Assembly (NCBI GenBank): GCA_036785375.1
Contig: JAWMAR010000328.1
Location: forward strand, 620,001 to 684,000
DNA from: Leucoraja ocellata
Taxonomy: Eukaryota
DNA: 64,000 nucleotides
Direction: 5' to 3'
Made by a program: the position numbers and the translations under genes. Of the stretch, positions 36,171 to 48,589 are shown piece by piece. The number at the start of each line of letters is the position of its first letter. Position 1 is the stretch's first letter. The notes under the pieces are model-generated. The model saw only the letters and a list, made by a program, of their open reading frames with translations, was not told where the DNA came from and did not search any database.

Positions 36171-37958
36171 GAAAATAGATTCCCATGCAATTCCCACACT
36201 CCAATATCTCTAGTTTTCTAATCCTAGTCCTTACATTAAAAGCATCACCTTTATTCCACGTTATCTGAGCAGTCATCCCGCTCCACTCCTGCACTGAATC
36301 CAAGTTGTTCTTCGACTCCCGTACCCATCATTGGCAGTCACTCCCTCCTTCAAACTGTCCCCTGACTTTGGAACTCAAACAGAAACTACTGGTACTACAG
36401 CCTGATAACTTGACCCTTCCTTTTAAAGGCCTCACTTATTCCCATTCTTCTCGCTTGCTTGTTATCCTTCCAGTCCTTTTGTAAATTCCTCTGAGAGGTT
36501 CTTCTGCAAAAGACATTTTTAAAATCCATACTCTTTGAACTTGGAGAAATGGAAGTTGTAACAATGAGAACACGATTGCCATCCTATGGAGTGGAGAGAA
36601 TATAATTGAAGACAGAGTTAGTGGCATTATGGTGAGGGATCAGAGGGAATATTAAAGGGGGACCTTGTGGTTGCCTGAACAATGGTGCCAAGGTAGACAT
36701 CTCCGCGACAAACTCGGCAAATGATGTTTCCTGTGATGTAGGTCCATGCCCTCAGATTCCACCATCTCTTGAAAATACACTATTTGTGTGTCCTAATTAT
36801 CAATTTATTTATTTTTATATCCAAAAAAAAATGCTAGTTTAAGGAGCTCATTTAGTATTGCATTTTACTGAGTCGATTACTAGGTTTAGTTGTAACTGAG
36901 ATCCTGGCTTTTAGTTGCATATAAAACCTTTACGTTCTCAGAAGCTACAAAATTGCTTCATTTAAAAGCATTCAGCCCCCAATTCATTGCCTTGATTTTT
37001 GTTTTCAAACAGCAAGAGAATTGCAAAATTCCTGCAATGACTGACTGTTTTGGTGGATTGCCATACAGTTGCACATCATTAGATTGTCATCAAAATTACA
37101 ATACATGCAAACTTACTTCTTTCATTATTTTTCTAGGTACAGATATAGCTTGAATTAGCAATTTCATGCAAATAGATTGATGTACGGTGCATAAATAAGT
37201 ATTGAATTTTAACAAAGGAATATAAAGGAATATTAGGCTGCCAGCTGTTTTGCAACATTAAACTACTTTATTACTCTATATTACCATAAAAATACTATCT
37301 AAGTCTCCAGGTACCAAAGACACAAAGGTAATGTTGCTAAGTTTAGAGAACTTAGGGGGAAAAAAAGGCAGCATATTACAGGTTTCACAGCCAAAATACA
37401 TACGTCAAAGCTGGGTAAGGATGGGAATAAGTGGGGCCACGGTGGCTTGCAGCAACAGAGACCCGGGTTCGATCCCGACTACGGGTGCTGTCTGGATGGA
37501 GTTTGTATATTCTCCCCGTGGCTGCGTGGGTTTTCTCCGAGTTCTTCGGTTTCCTCCCACACTCCAAACACGTAAAGGTGTGTAGGTAAATGGGCTTGGT
37601 GTATATGTAAATTGTCCCTAGTGAGTGTAGGATAGTGTTAATGTGCGGGGATCACTGGTCGGTGCAGACTCAGTGGGCCAAAGGGCCTGTTTCCGCGCTG
37701 TATCTCTAAACTAAAAGAAGGGGAAACGGTATCGGGCTGAAGTAGTTTCTGTTTGAGTTCCAAAGTCAAGGGACATTTTGAAGGAGGGAGTGACTGCCAA
37801 TGATGGGTAAGTGAGTACAAGAACAATGGTGATTCAGTGCAGGAGTGGGGCAGGGTGACTACTCGGATAACATGGAATAAAGACAAGGCTTTTTATGTAT
37901 TAAAGAAACTAGAGATATTGGAGTTTGGCAGTGTGGGAATTGCATGGGAAACTATTTC
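36171..37958. repeat. Long diverged inverted repeat pair (36171-36408 / 37730-37958)
   Basis: cccatcattggcagtcactccctccttcaaa versus tttgaaggagggagtgactgccaatgatggg; ttcccatgcaattcccacac versus gtgtgggaattgcatgggaa. Confidence 0.8.
37435..37715 (+). mobile_element. V-SINE (HE1-like)
   Basis: gagacccgggttcgatcccgactacgggtgctgtc B-box; tail gctgtatctctaaactaaa. Confidence 0.85.
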
Positions 37959-38369
37959 AACTTACTGACTGCGACCTGTAGTTTGGCTTTTAAGCTATTT
38001 TTTTCCCCCAAGTAACTTCTATCTTCGTCCGACTGACAGTTCGTATGAGGATTTCAATGGCACATCAAGCATCCCTTAAGTGAGCCGTAATTTACAGGGC
38101 TATCCAGATGGGGTTGGTTTCAGGGCATTTAAAAAAATATATAAAAGTGGAAAATTAAATTCTTCCATTGTCATGACAAGCCCAATTTCTAATATTCAAT
38201 ATCCTCTAATTCACTTGGGTACCGTATATAAATAATACATTAACCAAGCAAGGCAAATGACATTTGAGCTCTTTTCAAAGTGTAGGGATTGTTTCTTATA
38301 TACAGGTCCACCTGTATTTTAAATCCCCCTCAAAAATGTGGAACCTAGGCCAGATGAGTCCGCCGATCT

Positions 38370-39260
38370 CAACCTAAAGAATTGTAAGGGTGAAAATACC
38401 CTAATGGGACTAATCTACAGGCCCCCAAACAGTAGTCTGAACATAGGGCGCAAGTTGAATCAGGAGTTCAAATTGGCATGTAGTAAAAGTAATGCTGTGG
38501 GTGTTATGGGAGATTTCAACATGCAGGTAGACTGGGAAAATCAGGTTGGCACTGGACCCCTAGAAAGGGACTTTGTAGAGTGCCTTTGTGATGGATTCTT
38601 TGAACAGCTTGTATTGGAGCCTACCAGGGAGAAGGCAATACTGGATTTAGTGTTATGTAATGAACCGGATTTGATAAAGGACCTCGAGGTTACTGAGCCA
38701 TTAGGAGGCAGTGACCATAACATGGTCAGGTTTAATTTACAATTGGAGAGGGAGAAGAGTAGGTCGGAGGCGTCAGTTTTGCAGTTGAATAAAGGGGACT
38801 ATGGGGCCATGAGGGAGGAGCTGGCCAAAGTTGACTGGAAGGATACACTAGTGGAGATGACAGTGGAACAAAAATGGCAGGCGTTTCTAGGAATAATACA
38901 GAAGAGGAAGAAAGATTCCAAGGGGAGAAAGGGGCGACCATGGCTGACAAGGGACGTCAGGGACAGTATAAAAATTAAAGCGAAGAAGTACAACATAGCA
39001 AAGATGAGAGGGAAGCAAGAGGATTGGGTAATGTTTAAAGAACAACAGAAGATAACCAAAAAGACAATACGGGGAGAAAAGATGAGGTATGAAGGTAAGC
39101 TAGGCAACAATATAAAGCAGGATAGTAAAAGCTTCTTTAGGTATGTGAAGAGTAAAACAAATTAGTTAAGACCAAAGTTGGACCCTTGAAGACCAAAAAA
39201 GATGAATTTATTATGGGGAACAAGGAAATGGCAGATGAGTTGAACAGGTGCTTTGGATCA
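38370..39260 (+). mobile_element. CR1 ORF2 fragment (AP endonuclease and linker)
   Basis: ORF 38338..39165 GLIYRPPNS...VMGDFN...EPTREKAILDLVLCNE...LGGSDHNMV...NIKQDSKSFFRYVKSK. Confidence 0.9.
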
Positions 39261-39998
39261 CACTTTATTTGCCACGTATGTTTTGCAACATATGAGGAAT
39301 TTCATTTGCCAGGTCAGTCATACAATTATAAGTAACAGATCACTAAACAACACATTTTAACATGAACATCCACCACAGTGACTCCTACATTCCTCACTGT
39401 GATGGAAGGCAAAATAAAGTTCAAGTCCTTCCCCGGTCGTGGGCCTCGAGCCCCCGTTGACGGGATGATCTTTACTCCCGTAGCCGGCGGCGTTCAGGCC
39501 CTCCATGTCGAGGCGATCCGCTCCTGCATCCGGGGGGGGGGGGGGGGGGGGATGTCAGCTCCCCCGCGCCGGGCGATTGAACCTCGCGTCGGGGCTGGCC
39601 GTACCTTCTGGGTCATTGGAGCTCCCGACTCGGACTCACCCGAGACTGCGAGCCCTTGATGGTGATTTCTGCGGTGGTCCTGATCCCAGACAAGGGTTCA
39701 GCTCCGATATTAAGTCCGCGCCCAGCGGTGGGGCCCACGACAGTCCGAGGAAGCTTCCAGTTCCATCGATGGAAGGCCGCAGAGCCTGGAGATGGTGATC
39801 CGAAAATTGATCACATCTCCGGGAAAGTAAGAACCTGAAAAAATGTTTCCCCCGATCCCCTCCCCCCTCCCCCCTCCCACGTAAAACAAACCGAAGAACA
39901 TTAAAACAAAAACTTTTAACAAACTAAAAAATACCAAAAAGAGTGAAAAGACGAACAGACTTTCGGCAGGGCAGCAATCTCCCCGGCGCCCCTGATGG
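39259..39998 (-). mobile_element. GC-rich non-autonomous retroelement with Rex1-like tail
   Basis: tttatttgccacg tail, cattcctcactgtgatggaaggc motif, CpG-rich core, C-run/A-rich head. Confidence 0.65.
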
Positions 39999-40096
39999 TC
40001 TGTGAGTCATAGATTTAAAGTAATATGGTAGAAAATTTCAGGGGGAGGAGAGAAAACGTTTTTTCCAGTCAAATTGTGGCTGGTAACTGGTACTTA

Positions 40097-40222
40097 CGAA
40101 GGGTCTCGACCCAAAACGTTACCCATTCCTTCTCTCCAGAGATGATGCCTGTCCCGCTGAGTTATTCAAGCATTTTGCATCTATCTTCGATTTAAACCAG
40201 CATCTGCAGTTCTTTCCTACAC
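40097..40222 (+). mobile_element. Penelope-derived arm
   Basis: gaagggtctcgacccaaaacgttacccattcc...ccagcatctgcagttct. Confidence 0.7.
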
Positions 40223-40316
40223 ATCTGGTACTTACTGCTGTTCCCACAGTATGGTCTCCTGGACTCCATAAATAATGTTTGATCAGTGACTACCTCAACT
40301 CTGCAATTATCTAGCA

Positions 40317-41965
40317 ACCCTGTGGCCATTAAATGCATTCTTAAAAAACTGGTTTCTATCCACATAGGGTGGATAAGTGATGATACTGAGGCAGCGACTG
40401 ACAGACGGGCAACATGAGGAGGAGAATGTCCAAGGTTCCTACATTTAAGGAAATTTTCCTTGCATTTATGAAGATATTACATGATTGCTTTGGTAGCATT
40501 TTATTAAGTATAAAGGCGGCTTGTGAATAAAGAACCAGTGCTTCTTTTTGGGTGGATTTGACTGTGTTGTTGAGTCATTCAATGATGCAGCCCAAAAACA
40601 GGCCTTATGCCCCAAGCTTACTTGAGGCACTCATTTACTAGAACAACATTTTTTGTTTTAGGTTAGTGTGAGAATGATATGGAGACTTAAAATGACAAAC
40701 AACTGGAAGCACAGAGACAACTGTGCAAAACTGTCTCCAATCTGTGTTTAGTTTCTCCAATGCAGAGGAAACCACATTCTGAGCATTGAATGCAAAACAT
40801 TAGATTGGGGGGGGGGGGGGGGAAGACACAATAGCATTGCTGCTTCACCTGCTATTAGTATCCAGGCACAATGGGAAGCTCCTGCATTTACATGGAAATG
40901 GGTGCGATTGGTGGATATGGAAGAGATCTGGGAATCGCCGAGGACCTTGGAGGGGAGTCGACTGCAAATCAGCAGGTTGAATCACATTAAACTCACAGAA
41001 ATTGCACAGGATAATGGGTTGGATAGAAAGTGAAGACTAAGGGAAGTCTATTCTTGCTCCAGCTATGGGAGGGGGTAATGAATGAATGATTATTTATTGT
41101 CACGTGTGTCTAGGTACAGTGCAATGCTTTGTTTTGCATCCAACCGAGGCAGTACACAAGTGTCGCCGGGTGTTAGAACTGACAAAGTTACAAAAGTACC
41201 AAATAGTCCTATCGACTGCCTGCCACCGCACCTGACAGCAGCGTGAAAGCTGAGGTGTGAGAAATAAATGAGATGCAGTAGCTGGAAAGCCACCTTGAAG
41301 GGTAAATGAAGACAGTGCAGGAATGCATCGAGTTTGGGAGAAAATGAAAAATAAACAAGGTCACTATGGAAGCTTATACATGAAGCACATACACAGAGTG
41401 GTTAATTTATATTTATTTTAGAGGATTATTTGTGGGTCATGTTGGGTAGAATGTTTCTTCTAATTTTCACAGGGGAGCCTTGAGCAAGTCTGGCTGCCAT
41501 CATTAACCAGTGAGATACAGCAAGAGTGAAGGTAGGAAGGAAAATCTATATGAAAAACCTAGCAGCAAATAGCAAAGCAGTGTGAAGGTCACGATATGCA
41601 TATTTCATTAAGGTCCTCGCTTAGAAAACGCAGAAGTAAGGACACAGCTTTATAAGATTCATGCTGAGGAATCCGATAATTGAGTGCCAGACTTGGTCAC
41701 TGTGGAAAATGTAATTTAAGAGGTGAACTAGTTCAATGCATTTTAGCTGCACTGAGTAATTGCTTAGATTAATAGGACCCTGTGGCCATTAGCTGCATTC
41801 TTAAGGAACTGGTTTCTATTCATGCACGGTGGATAAATGTGAGCTGATACGAAGGCAGCGACTGACAGACATGGGTGGGATGAGGAAGACTGCCCAAGGT
41901 TCCTACATTTAAGGACATTTTCCTTGCATTTATATTATATGGTTTGCCTTTCTAGCAATTTATAT
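40317..41965 (+). repeat. Dispersed direct repeat pair (40317-40505 / 41777-41965)
   Basis: Shared blocks accctgtggccatta, actggtttctat, aggcagcgactgacagac, ccaaggttcctacatttaagga, attttccttgcattt. Confidence 0.85.
40700..40850 (-). mobile_element. Penelope GIY-YIG remnant
   Basis: Minus strand tgttttgcattcaatgctcagaatgtggtttcctctgcattggagaaactaaacacagattggagacagttttgca reads CIQCSECGFLCIGETKHRLETV, resembling CxxC..LYIGETKRRL. Confidence 0.6.
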
Positions 41966-42414
41966 AAAACACCTTCACAAATCCATTTATAGCACAATGA
42001 TTAGAAGCCAAGCACACTCATTCACCTGTAATTAGATAATTGAGTCAGCATACATTTGTTCAGACAACTGGGAAGAGTCACCTTGCTGCAGCACCTAAAT
42101 GTGCATTATATTTACCCAGGTCTTTTGTCCACATTATTCAGACCTGACATTTTCTTGTGTTGCTTAGTCTAAATGAATAACATCTTCCTGTACTTGGACC
42201 AGCATGCCCCGGATCTTTTTAATATTCTGGGATGACCATCTCACCCCTTTTATTACTTTGCATAGGTCTATTTCAATAATATAAAGTGGACATGGTACTT
42301 CAGAGATGTTCCAACCAGAACACGGTACATTTTAAACCTGTCTTCCTGTGCCCAAAATTAAACTGCTCTATCTATGTAGATTATGCCCCCCCTGCTTTTG
42401 TTAATTGCTGTTTT

Positions 42415-42692
42415 AGGGATGCTGCATGGAAACGGGTACTTTGGCATACCGAGTCCGCTACGCGATTACCGATCACTTGTACATACTAGTTCTATCCTAC
42501 ACACTAGGGACAATTTACAGAAGTCAATTAACCTACAAAACTTTGGAATGTGGGAGAAAACTAGAGCTCCCGGAAAAAATCCATACGGTCACAGGGAGAA
42601 GATACAAACTCTGTACGGATAGCAGCTGTAGTCAGGACCCGGGTCTCTGGCACTATAAAGCAGCAACTGCTATGCCACTATGCCACCCGCCC
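42415..42692 (-). mobile_element. V-SINE (HE1-like), diverged
   Basis: tctatcctacacactagggacaattt...ggtctctggcactataaagcagcaact. Confidence 0.7.
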
Positions 42693-43059
42693 TGTTCTCT
42701 ATAGATTGGACACATTTTCAGCATATAGCCTAATGAATCTGAGTTTTTTTTCCAAATCCATTCTTGATGATTTCATTGCCTTTTATGGAGTAAGCGTCAA
42801 TTCCAAAGTGAAACTGTCTCAAAGTGTTCAATTTCAATAAAACAAATGCATCACAGCTGTTTAATACAATGGGGAGGAAAACTCTTCAGCGGCTTGTTTT
42901 GACAACATCTGTTATTTGCAATGAAGCAAATGAAGGAATGTTTCATCGATGGCACAATTACAAGGTGATCTCATTACTACTCACCTAGTGCCTAGAGCAT
43001 AACTGCAACTTCAATTTGTACAGGAAGGTTTGGCAGCAAAAACAACTTTAGTAAACTTT

Positions 43060-43074
43060 CCAACAGATGGCAGC
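43060..43074 (+). promoter_or_regulatory. CTCF-like motif just past the GRAMD4 3' end
   Basis: ccaacagatggcagc resembles the CCASYAGRKGGCRS consensus; motif match only. Confidence 0.3.
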
Positions 43075-43104
43075 TGAAAAGCATATATTATAAAACCATA
43101 AACA

Positions 43105-45485
43105 AGGAATTCTTACAGAACCATTTATTTCAAATAAAAATCTGCATGACTTTTTACAAGACTATTTCTCATTTTAGAATAAACATGATCCAAAGCTTGC
43201 AGATCTTATAGGCTTAAGTTACATTTGGATCCATTTATATTTTCTGCATTTACACAAAAGTTTTACATGATACCAAAAACAATTATGCACAACTTTCAAT
43301 ATGTAAACAGTCAACATATCTAATGTACATCAACAAGAATGGCAACTGCTGTTTTTTGTGATTGGGAGTATTAAGAAAATAAATCGCATTAGTTGAAAAC
43401 TACTAGTTGATGTTTCATTTTTTACAAAGTTGTTTATAATATTTTAAACTTAAGTTAGTTGCTAGTGAGTATCCTTCAAGGAATGCAAACTAGCAAATTC
43501 ACTTCTTACACAGAAGCTGAAAAATTAGCCCTCAATAAACATTCCCACATTAAGAGTACACAAAGGAAGCTTGGCAAATGTTCGTACCAGGAAACTCTAT
43601 ATCATAAACGAGCTACTATTTATATACCAGTGTTTGCAGCAATAATAATGTTCAATTAAAAGTTCCAATGAATTAAACCTTGAGCAAACCCAAGGTAAAG
43701 TGAAAAATATTACACATGGTCAGGTATTTTTATGAAGTCAATATAAATTATATGCGCACATGTAAAAATAAAATGGGCTGTAAAATCTTAAGTATTGATA
43801 ACTGGTAGCTCTGCAGTTTATTGAAGGTTATATCCATTAGGGGTTTGTTGCCCATCATATTTAAGTTACATTCCAATGATTTTGATGGTGAATTTGGAGC
43901 ATGTGAGCTATGGCCAGGGGCAGCTGCTGCATCCGATCACTCAAGTGACAGGAAGAACGTGCGCCACGTCAGAAAGGAATGGGATTTTGTTCCCCTGCAC
44001 GTTGGTGCATATGGGCATCTGTCATCAAATTCATTGCATTTTATGTAGAAGGTGTGTGAAAAAAAAAATCAAACTTTGATGCAGGTAACCCCTATCCTGA
44101 ACTGAAGCAAGAAATGAATGAGAAAATAAATCCTCAAAGCAGATGTACATTATCTTTGAATTCATAATTGGAGCTGGAATGTGGGTCCATATCTGCGACA
44201 ACTATCAACAATTTTCCAAACTATTCTCCATCTGGACATTGAACAAATTTGCACGTGGAGAGAGGGAATACCAGATGATATTAATGGACACACCTTCCAC
44301 GCAAGTCCCAAAGAGTGTGCATTGAAGATTGATTCAGCCATTTTTAAGAAAGAGGTCAAGCCAAAATATCAATAAATATAATTGCTATTTAAAAGGATGC
44401 TCGTTCACACACAGAAAATGGTCAAAAAAGGACACAAAATGTTGGAGTAACTTAGCGGGTCATGCAGCATCTCTGGAGAACAAGGATAGGTCACATTTTG
44501 GGTTGAGACCCTTTGCCAAGTCTGGAAAAACTATCAAGGGCGAACTTTCTGGAAGGAGCCAGCCGGCAGTAAGTGTCCGGATAAGTACATGGATGTAGCA
44601 TTCAATATCTACCAGTTGGAAGATTTGTTCAACACACATAGTTCATGTAGCTGTATGGCCACATCACAATAAAGCCTGAAGGAGCGGGTGTGAAAAAAAA
44701 ATCAAAGCACATAAAATGATCTGAATAGGTTGTTACAACAAAAGAATTATTAAAAAAAAAAAAAAAATAGAATTGATATCAGTAATTACATTTTTGCACC
44801 AGTGGAAACACTGGCTGAGATTTCATCTGCAGTGGTTTGTGACATAGCATGCAAATATTTAACTGGCCTACAGAAGCCTCTGAACAATTACTTAATAATT
44901 ATTATTTTAGGTCCATACTTGAGGTTCAGGGTGTAATTTAATCACTTAGGTATTTTTTTTATTCTAATAAAAAGACATTGAACAGATAACTTTGTTTCCC
45001 TCCTCAGAATTTCTGTCCAACATTTGCTGCATTTCTGCTCAACCTTAACTTCCTAATTCCTTTTGAAAATATTACTTCAAACAATACTAGTCATCTGAAA
45101 TGGACACTGAAAAGTATACAATCTTGGCATTCAGATTTTGCACGTTTTACTTCAAATTTTATCTTACATTGTTTTTTCTTTTCGTTAAAAAAACACTTAA
45201 TTATACACTACTTCGATGTAATCTAACATTTAGAATGTCTGTAAACAAATGCCAAAAGTGCTTACTGTGCCGCGATTACTATGATAGTAACAGCACTTCT
45301 GTGCAAAACTCTCACCAAAATGTAAAATAACTAAACAGCAAGTTAAAAAATGTTTAGATAGTAAACCATCTATTCCAATTGGGTACAAAATCCATCGCAA
45401 ATATCATCAAACAGATAATAAGAGGTCTAATTGCTCATTTCAACATTATTGTACACGTGAAGAATTCCTTATTGACACCATGTGG
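43105..45485 (-). other. GRAMD4: Probable GRAMD4 3'UTR (about 2.4 kb)
   Basis: AT-rich, repeat-poor sequence following the stop codon, with U-rich tracts on the mRNA strand (e.g. A-run near 44752-44767 on +); the 3' end is inferred from the poly(A) signal. Confidence 0.6.
43124..43129 (-). terminator. Candidate polyadenylation signal AATAAA for GRAMD4
   Basis: + strand tttatt; on the minus strand it is followed by U/GU-rich ttccttgtttatggttttat. Confidence 0.55.
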
Positions 45486-45587
45486 TTAGGTTTCATTACT
45501 GGATATGCTGGATGCTATTTTGGTATATTGACAGTTTATTGCTTCAAAGGCTTCATCTCTGTGTAACATAGCACCAAATACCAGCGG
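45486..45587 (-). CDS. GRAMD4: GRAMD4 last coding exon including stop codon
   Basis: tgcttttcttcag|CCG CTG GTA...ACC TAA; PLVFGAMLHRDEAFEAINCQYTKIASSISSNET* (compare recalled GRAMD4 PLVFGAMVHRDEAFE). Confidence 0.95.
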   Translation of the reverse strand, partial: PLVFGAMLHRDEAFEAINCQYTKIASSISSNET

Positions 45588-46112
45588 CTGAAGAAAAGCA
45601 AACAAATAAAAACATATCAAAGAAAAATCCATTACAAATGTAACAAGCACGCTAACCAAAAAGCTCTCTGTAACACCATTACATAGAATCACAGAAAATT
45701 TATGACACAGGGGGGTCGTTTGATCCATTTTGTCCATGAAAATGAAGGAATTACGCAATCTAATCCCATTTTCTATCACTGCTTCCGTAAACGCCGAGGG
45801 ATTTCTCTGCTCTTCAAGAGCACAAGCAAGTGCTGTTTAAATGTGATGAGTGTTTCTGCCCTCACCGCCCTTTGTGGCAGTGAATTGCAGAACCAGATCC
45901 CCATTTGTGTGAAAAGTTTGTTCTCATTATGTGAGCAACTACTTTAAACCTATGATCAATGGTATTTATCCTTGCAGCAGTGGGAAATAGGTCCTTACTA
46001 GTTACCCAGTCAAGGCCCCGCACATAATTTTAGATATCTCAGACAAGTCTCTTAACAAATGGAGCCTATCCATTTAGGTCTATCTAACCTATTTAGCTTA
46101 TCAGCCCATTTA

Positions 46113-46397
46113 GAGTGGCACAGTGGTAGAGTTGTTGCCTTACAGTGCCATAGATCCAGATTCGATCATGATTACAGGTTCTGGCTGTACAGAGTTTATA
46201 CGTTCTCCCTGTGGGTTTTCTCTGGCAGCCCAGGTTTCCTCCCACACTCCAAAGATGTATAGGTTTGTAGGATTATTGGCCTCTGTTAATTGTAAATTGT
46301 CCCTAGTGTGTAGGACTAATGCTAGTGCATAGGGTTGGCATGCCCGGTGGGACAATGGGCCTGTTTCTAAGCTGCATCTCGAAAGCCTAAAGTAAAG
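46113..46397 (+). mobile_element. V-SINE (HE1-like) in the last GRAMD4 intron, inside degraded CR1
   Basis: gtggcacagtggtagagttgttgccttacagtgcca...gtttcctcccacactccaaagatgta. Confidence 0.75.
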
Positions 46398-47177
46398 TCT
46401 AACCAATTACTAACACCTCTCAGTACTGGCAAATCCTCATAAATCCTTGCTGCACTCTCTCTAATGTAATCACACACTTCCTGCAGTGCAGTGACCAGGA
46501 ATATGCAATGTACTGCTATCTGATGAGTGTTGACGAAACATAACCTTTGCTAATAATGCCATCTTGACCATCTTATCAGCCTATCCTTTGAAGGATCGAT
46601 GAACATGCATTCTAAACTCCCTCCATTTTCCCACTGCAGTCAGTACCCTCCCATTTACTGCACATTTCCTTGGCTGGACACATCCCCCTCAAATGAAATA
46701 CCTCACATTTGCTGAACTAATGACCAGATCATCTACATCACTCTTCAATCTAAAGCTTTCCTCCACATACTTAACCTCATGGCCAACTTTTTGGGAGTAT
46801 ATGAATTATATAACTGCTGAGAAGCAAGTGCACTCTGCCAAACAAATGTCATACTGCAATTAAACTGCTAAAAATGATCGCAAACATATAAATGAAAAAT
46901 ACGTAAAGATATTAATCTGTGCAAGATTACCCCGAGTACTGCAATGCACAACATTATTCAGCTACATTGTTAATATTTGCTTTTTCCTTGCAAGACTAAT
47001 GACACTATGCAGAAGGATTGTGCTTTCAACAAATTACTGGTTGACAGCATCTCTAAAGAATTTAAACTTTATTGTTAGGGACTGAAGAATTCTCAGATGG
47101 AATGACTGTTTATTTATCATTGATAAGCAGAATTGTGAAATATCAAATTACAATATCAAAGTAGGGAAATTACTTAC

Positions 47178-47246
47178 TTTTTGTGTAAATGGAGTAGTTA
47201 TTGAAATTCCCATTCCTGATCCGGGTAAAACGGACAGGACTTTATA
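47178..47246 (-). CDS. GRAMD4: GRAMD4 penultimate coding exon
   Basis: tttttcccacag|TAT AAA...CAA AAA|gtaagt; 69 nt; YKVLSVLPGSGMGISITTPFTQK. Confidence 0.95.
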
Positions 47247-47402
47247 CTGTGGGAAAAACAGAACAATGGGAGAGGTTTAAAATAAAAGCAAATACATTTT
47301 TAGCGATGAGATTGCATTTTAAGTTATTCCCAGATCAATAAAAGTGGCCTGGATACTAAAAAAAAAAAAATTCAGAGTCACACATCCCACCTGCAGTGGA
47401 AC

Positions 47403-48107
47403 CAGGCACGGAAATCGCTATCAAAATATGGAGGGACACAATTTCTTGGCGGCTGCGCGCACATGGGCACTCACACACACACGCGCAAGGCTTCGGAGGC
47501 TCAATCCAGCGCTAAATGCAGCTCAACTCTGCCTGTCTCGCTGGGTTAACCTACAGCCCTGCCTGGACTGACGGGACACCATCGCTGCTTCTCCACGCTG
47601 ACTGTAAGCCTGGGCCATATTTCCCGCAAGTCCATGCAGGGCTGTAGGCTAACCTGGCGGAACAGGCAGAGTTGAGCTGGGTTTAGCGCTGCTTGTCTGC
47701 GCTGGCTGTGGGCCTGGGGGCATCGCGCCCGTCTGACTCCCGATGTCTCTGGCCACCCTCGGGCGTGGGGGGCACTCGGGTGGGGACGGGACAGCGCCGG
47801 GGAGCCGGGATCGATCCTGGCTGCGGATGAGGCGCACCTGTGCCGAGAACGTTTTGGCACGTCTCCCTCATACAATCATTGCACTGAATTATCATGTCCC
47901 GCCCCCATTGCCTGCTGTTTGATGTCTCTCTCGTCCAATCAGCACCCTCGATCAGCAGTCCCACCCCTACTGACTCGCGGAAAGCTGAGATTTCATCGAT
48001 TTTTAAAATACGGTTTACAAAAAATGGGGGGGGGGGAAGGACTGTCCCCCACCTCTCAAAATAGGGGGGGACGTGTCCCACCTGGCCCCCCTGGATTTCC
48101 TCCCCCG
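47403..48107. mobile_element. Non-autonomous hAT-like DNA transposon
   Basis: Perfect 8-bp TSD agtggaac (47395-47402 and 48108-48115); imperfect TIR caggcacggaaatc / gatttcctcccccg; internal inverted repeat. Confidence 0.75.
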
Positions 48108-48589
48108 AGTGGAACAGGATTTTATTTAGATTCCGCTGCAGTGGATTCTGGTCTCAGTTTCACCGCTGGATTTGTGAACTATTGATTTCTACGTGGAAGG
48201 TAAAACTGAGGGGGGAAAAAAAATAAAAAGGAGATGCTACTGATGGCAAATAGATGCTAATGAAATATTACCAGGGTATTGTTTAACATCTTTGATTAAG
48301 GATTTTTAGCCAATTTTTTAAAAGAGAATTCAAACAGAATTTGAACCTCAAGAGGTTCAAATGATAACAAATAAATTGTATTGTATTGTATTGTAATATA
48401 TTGCTTTTGCTCTTTGGGCCAGAACTTCCAAATGTGGGCCTGACACCCCCAGATGCTCCACACCCAAATAATGTGAGGTGATTTTGATTGCCAAGGAATC
48501 TAGACTCCAGTTCTGAATGGGGACAGGAATGCCCAGGCACACAGTAATTCGTAAATTGCTCCTGAAGGAGAGGATTTTTTGTTGTCATG

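Noticed and set aside
37435-37500. tRNA gene
   Set aside because: The B-box-like ggttcgatccc belongs to a V-SINE head; no complete cloverleaf.
38338-39165. 275-aa ORF as a host gene
   Set aside because: It is a CR1 ORF2 endonuclease fragment that continues out of frame and is then truncated.
45588-45779. N-terminal part of ORF 45486..45779
   Set aside because: Intronic read-through upstream of the acceptor at 45588-45589; only the last 33 aa are GRAMD4.
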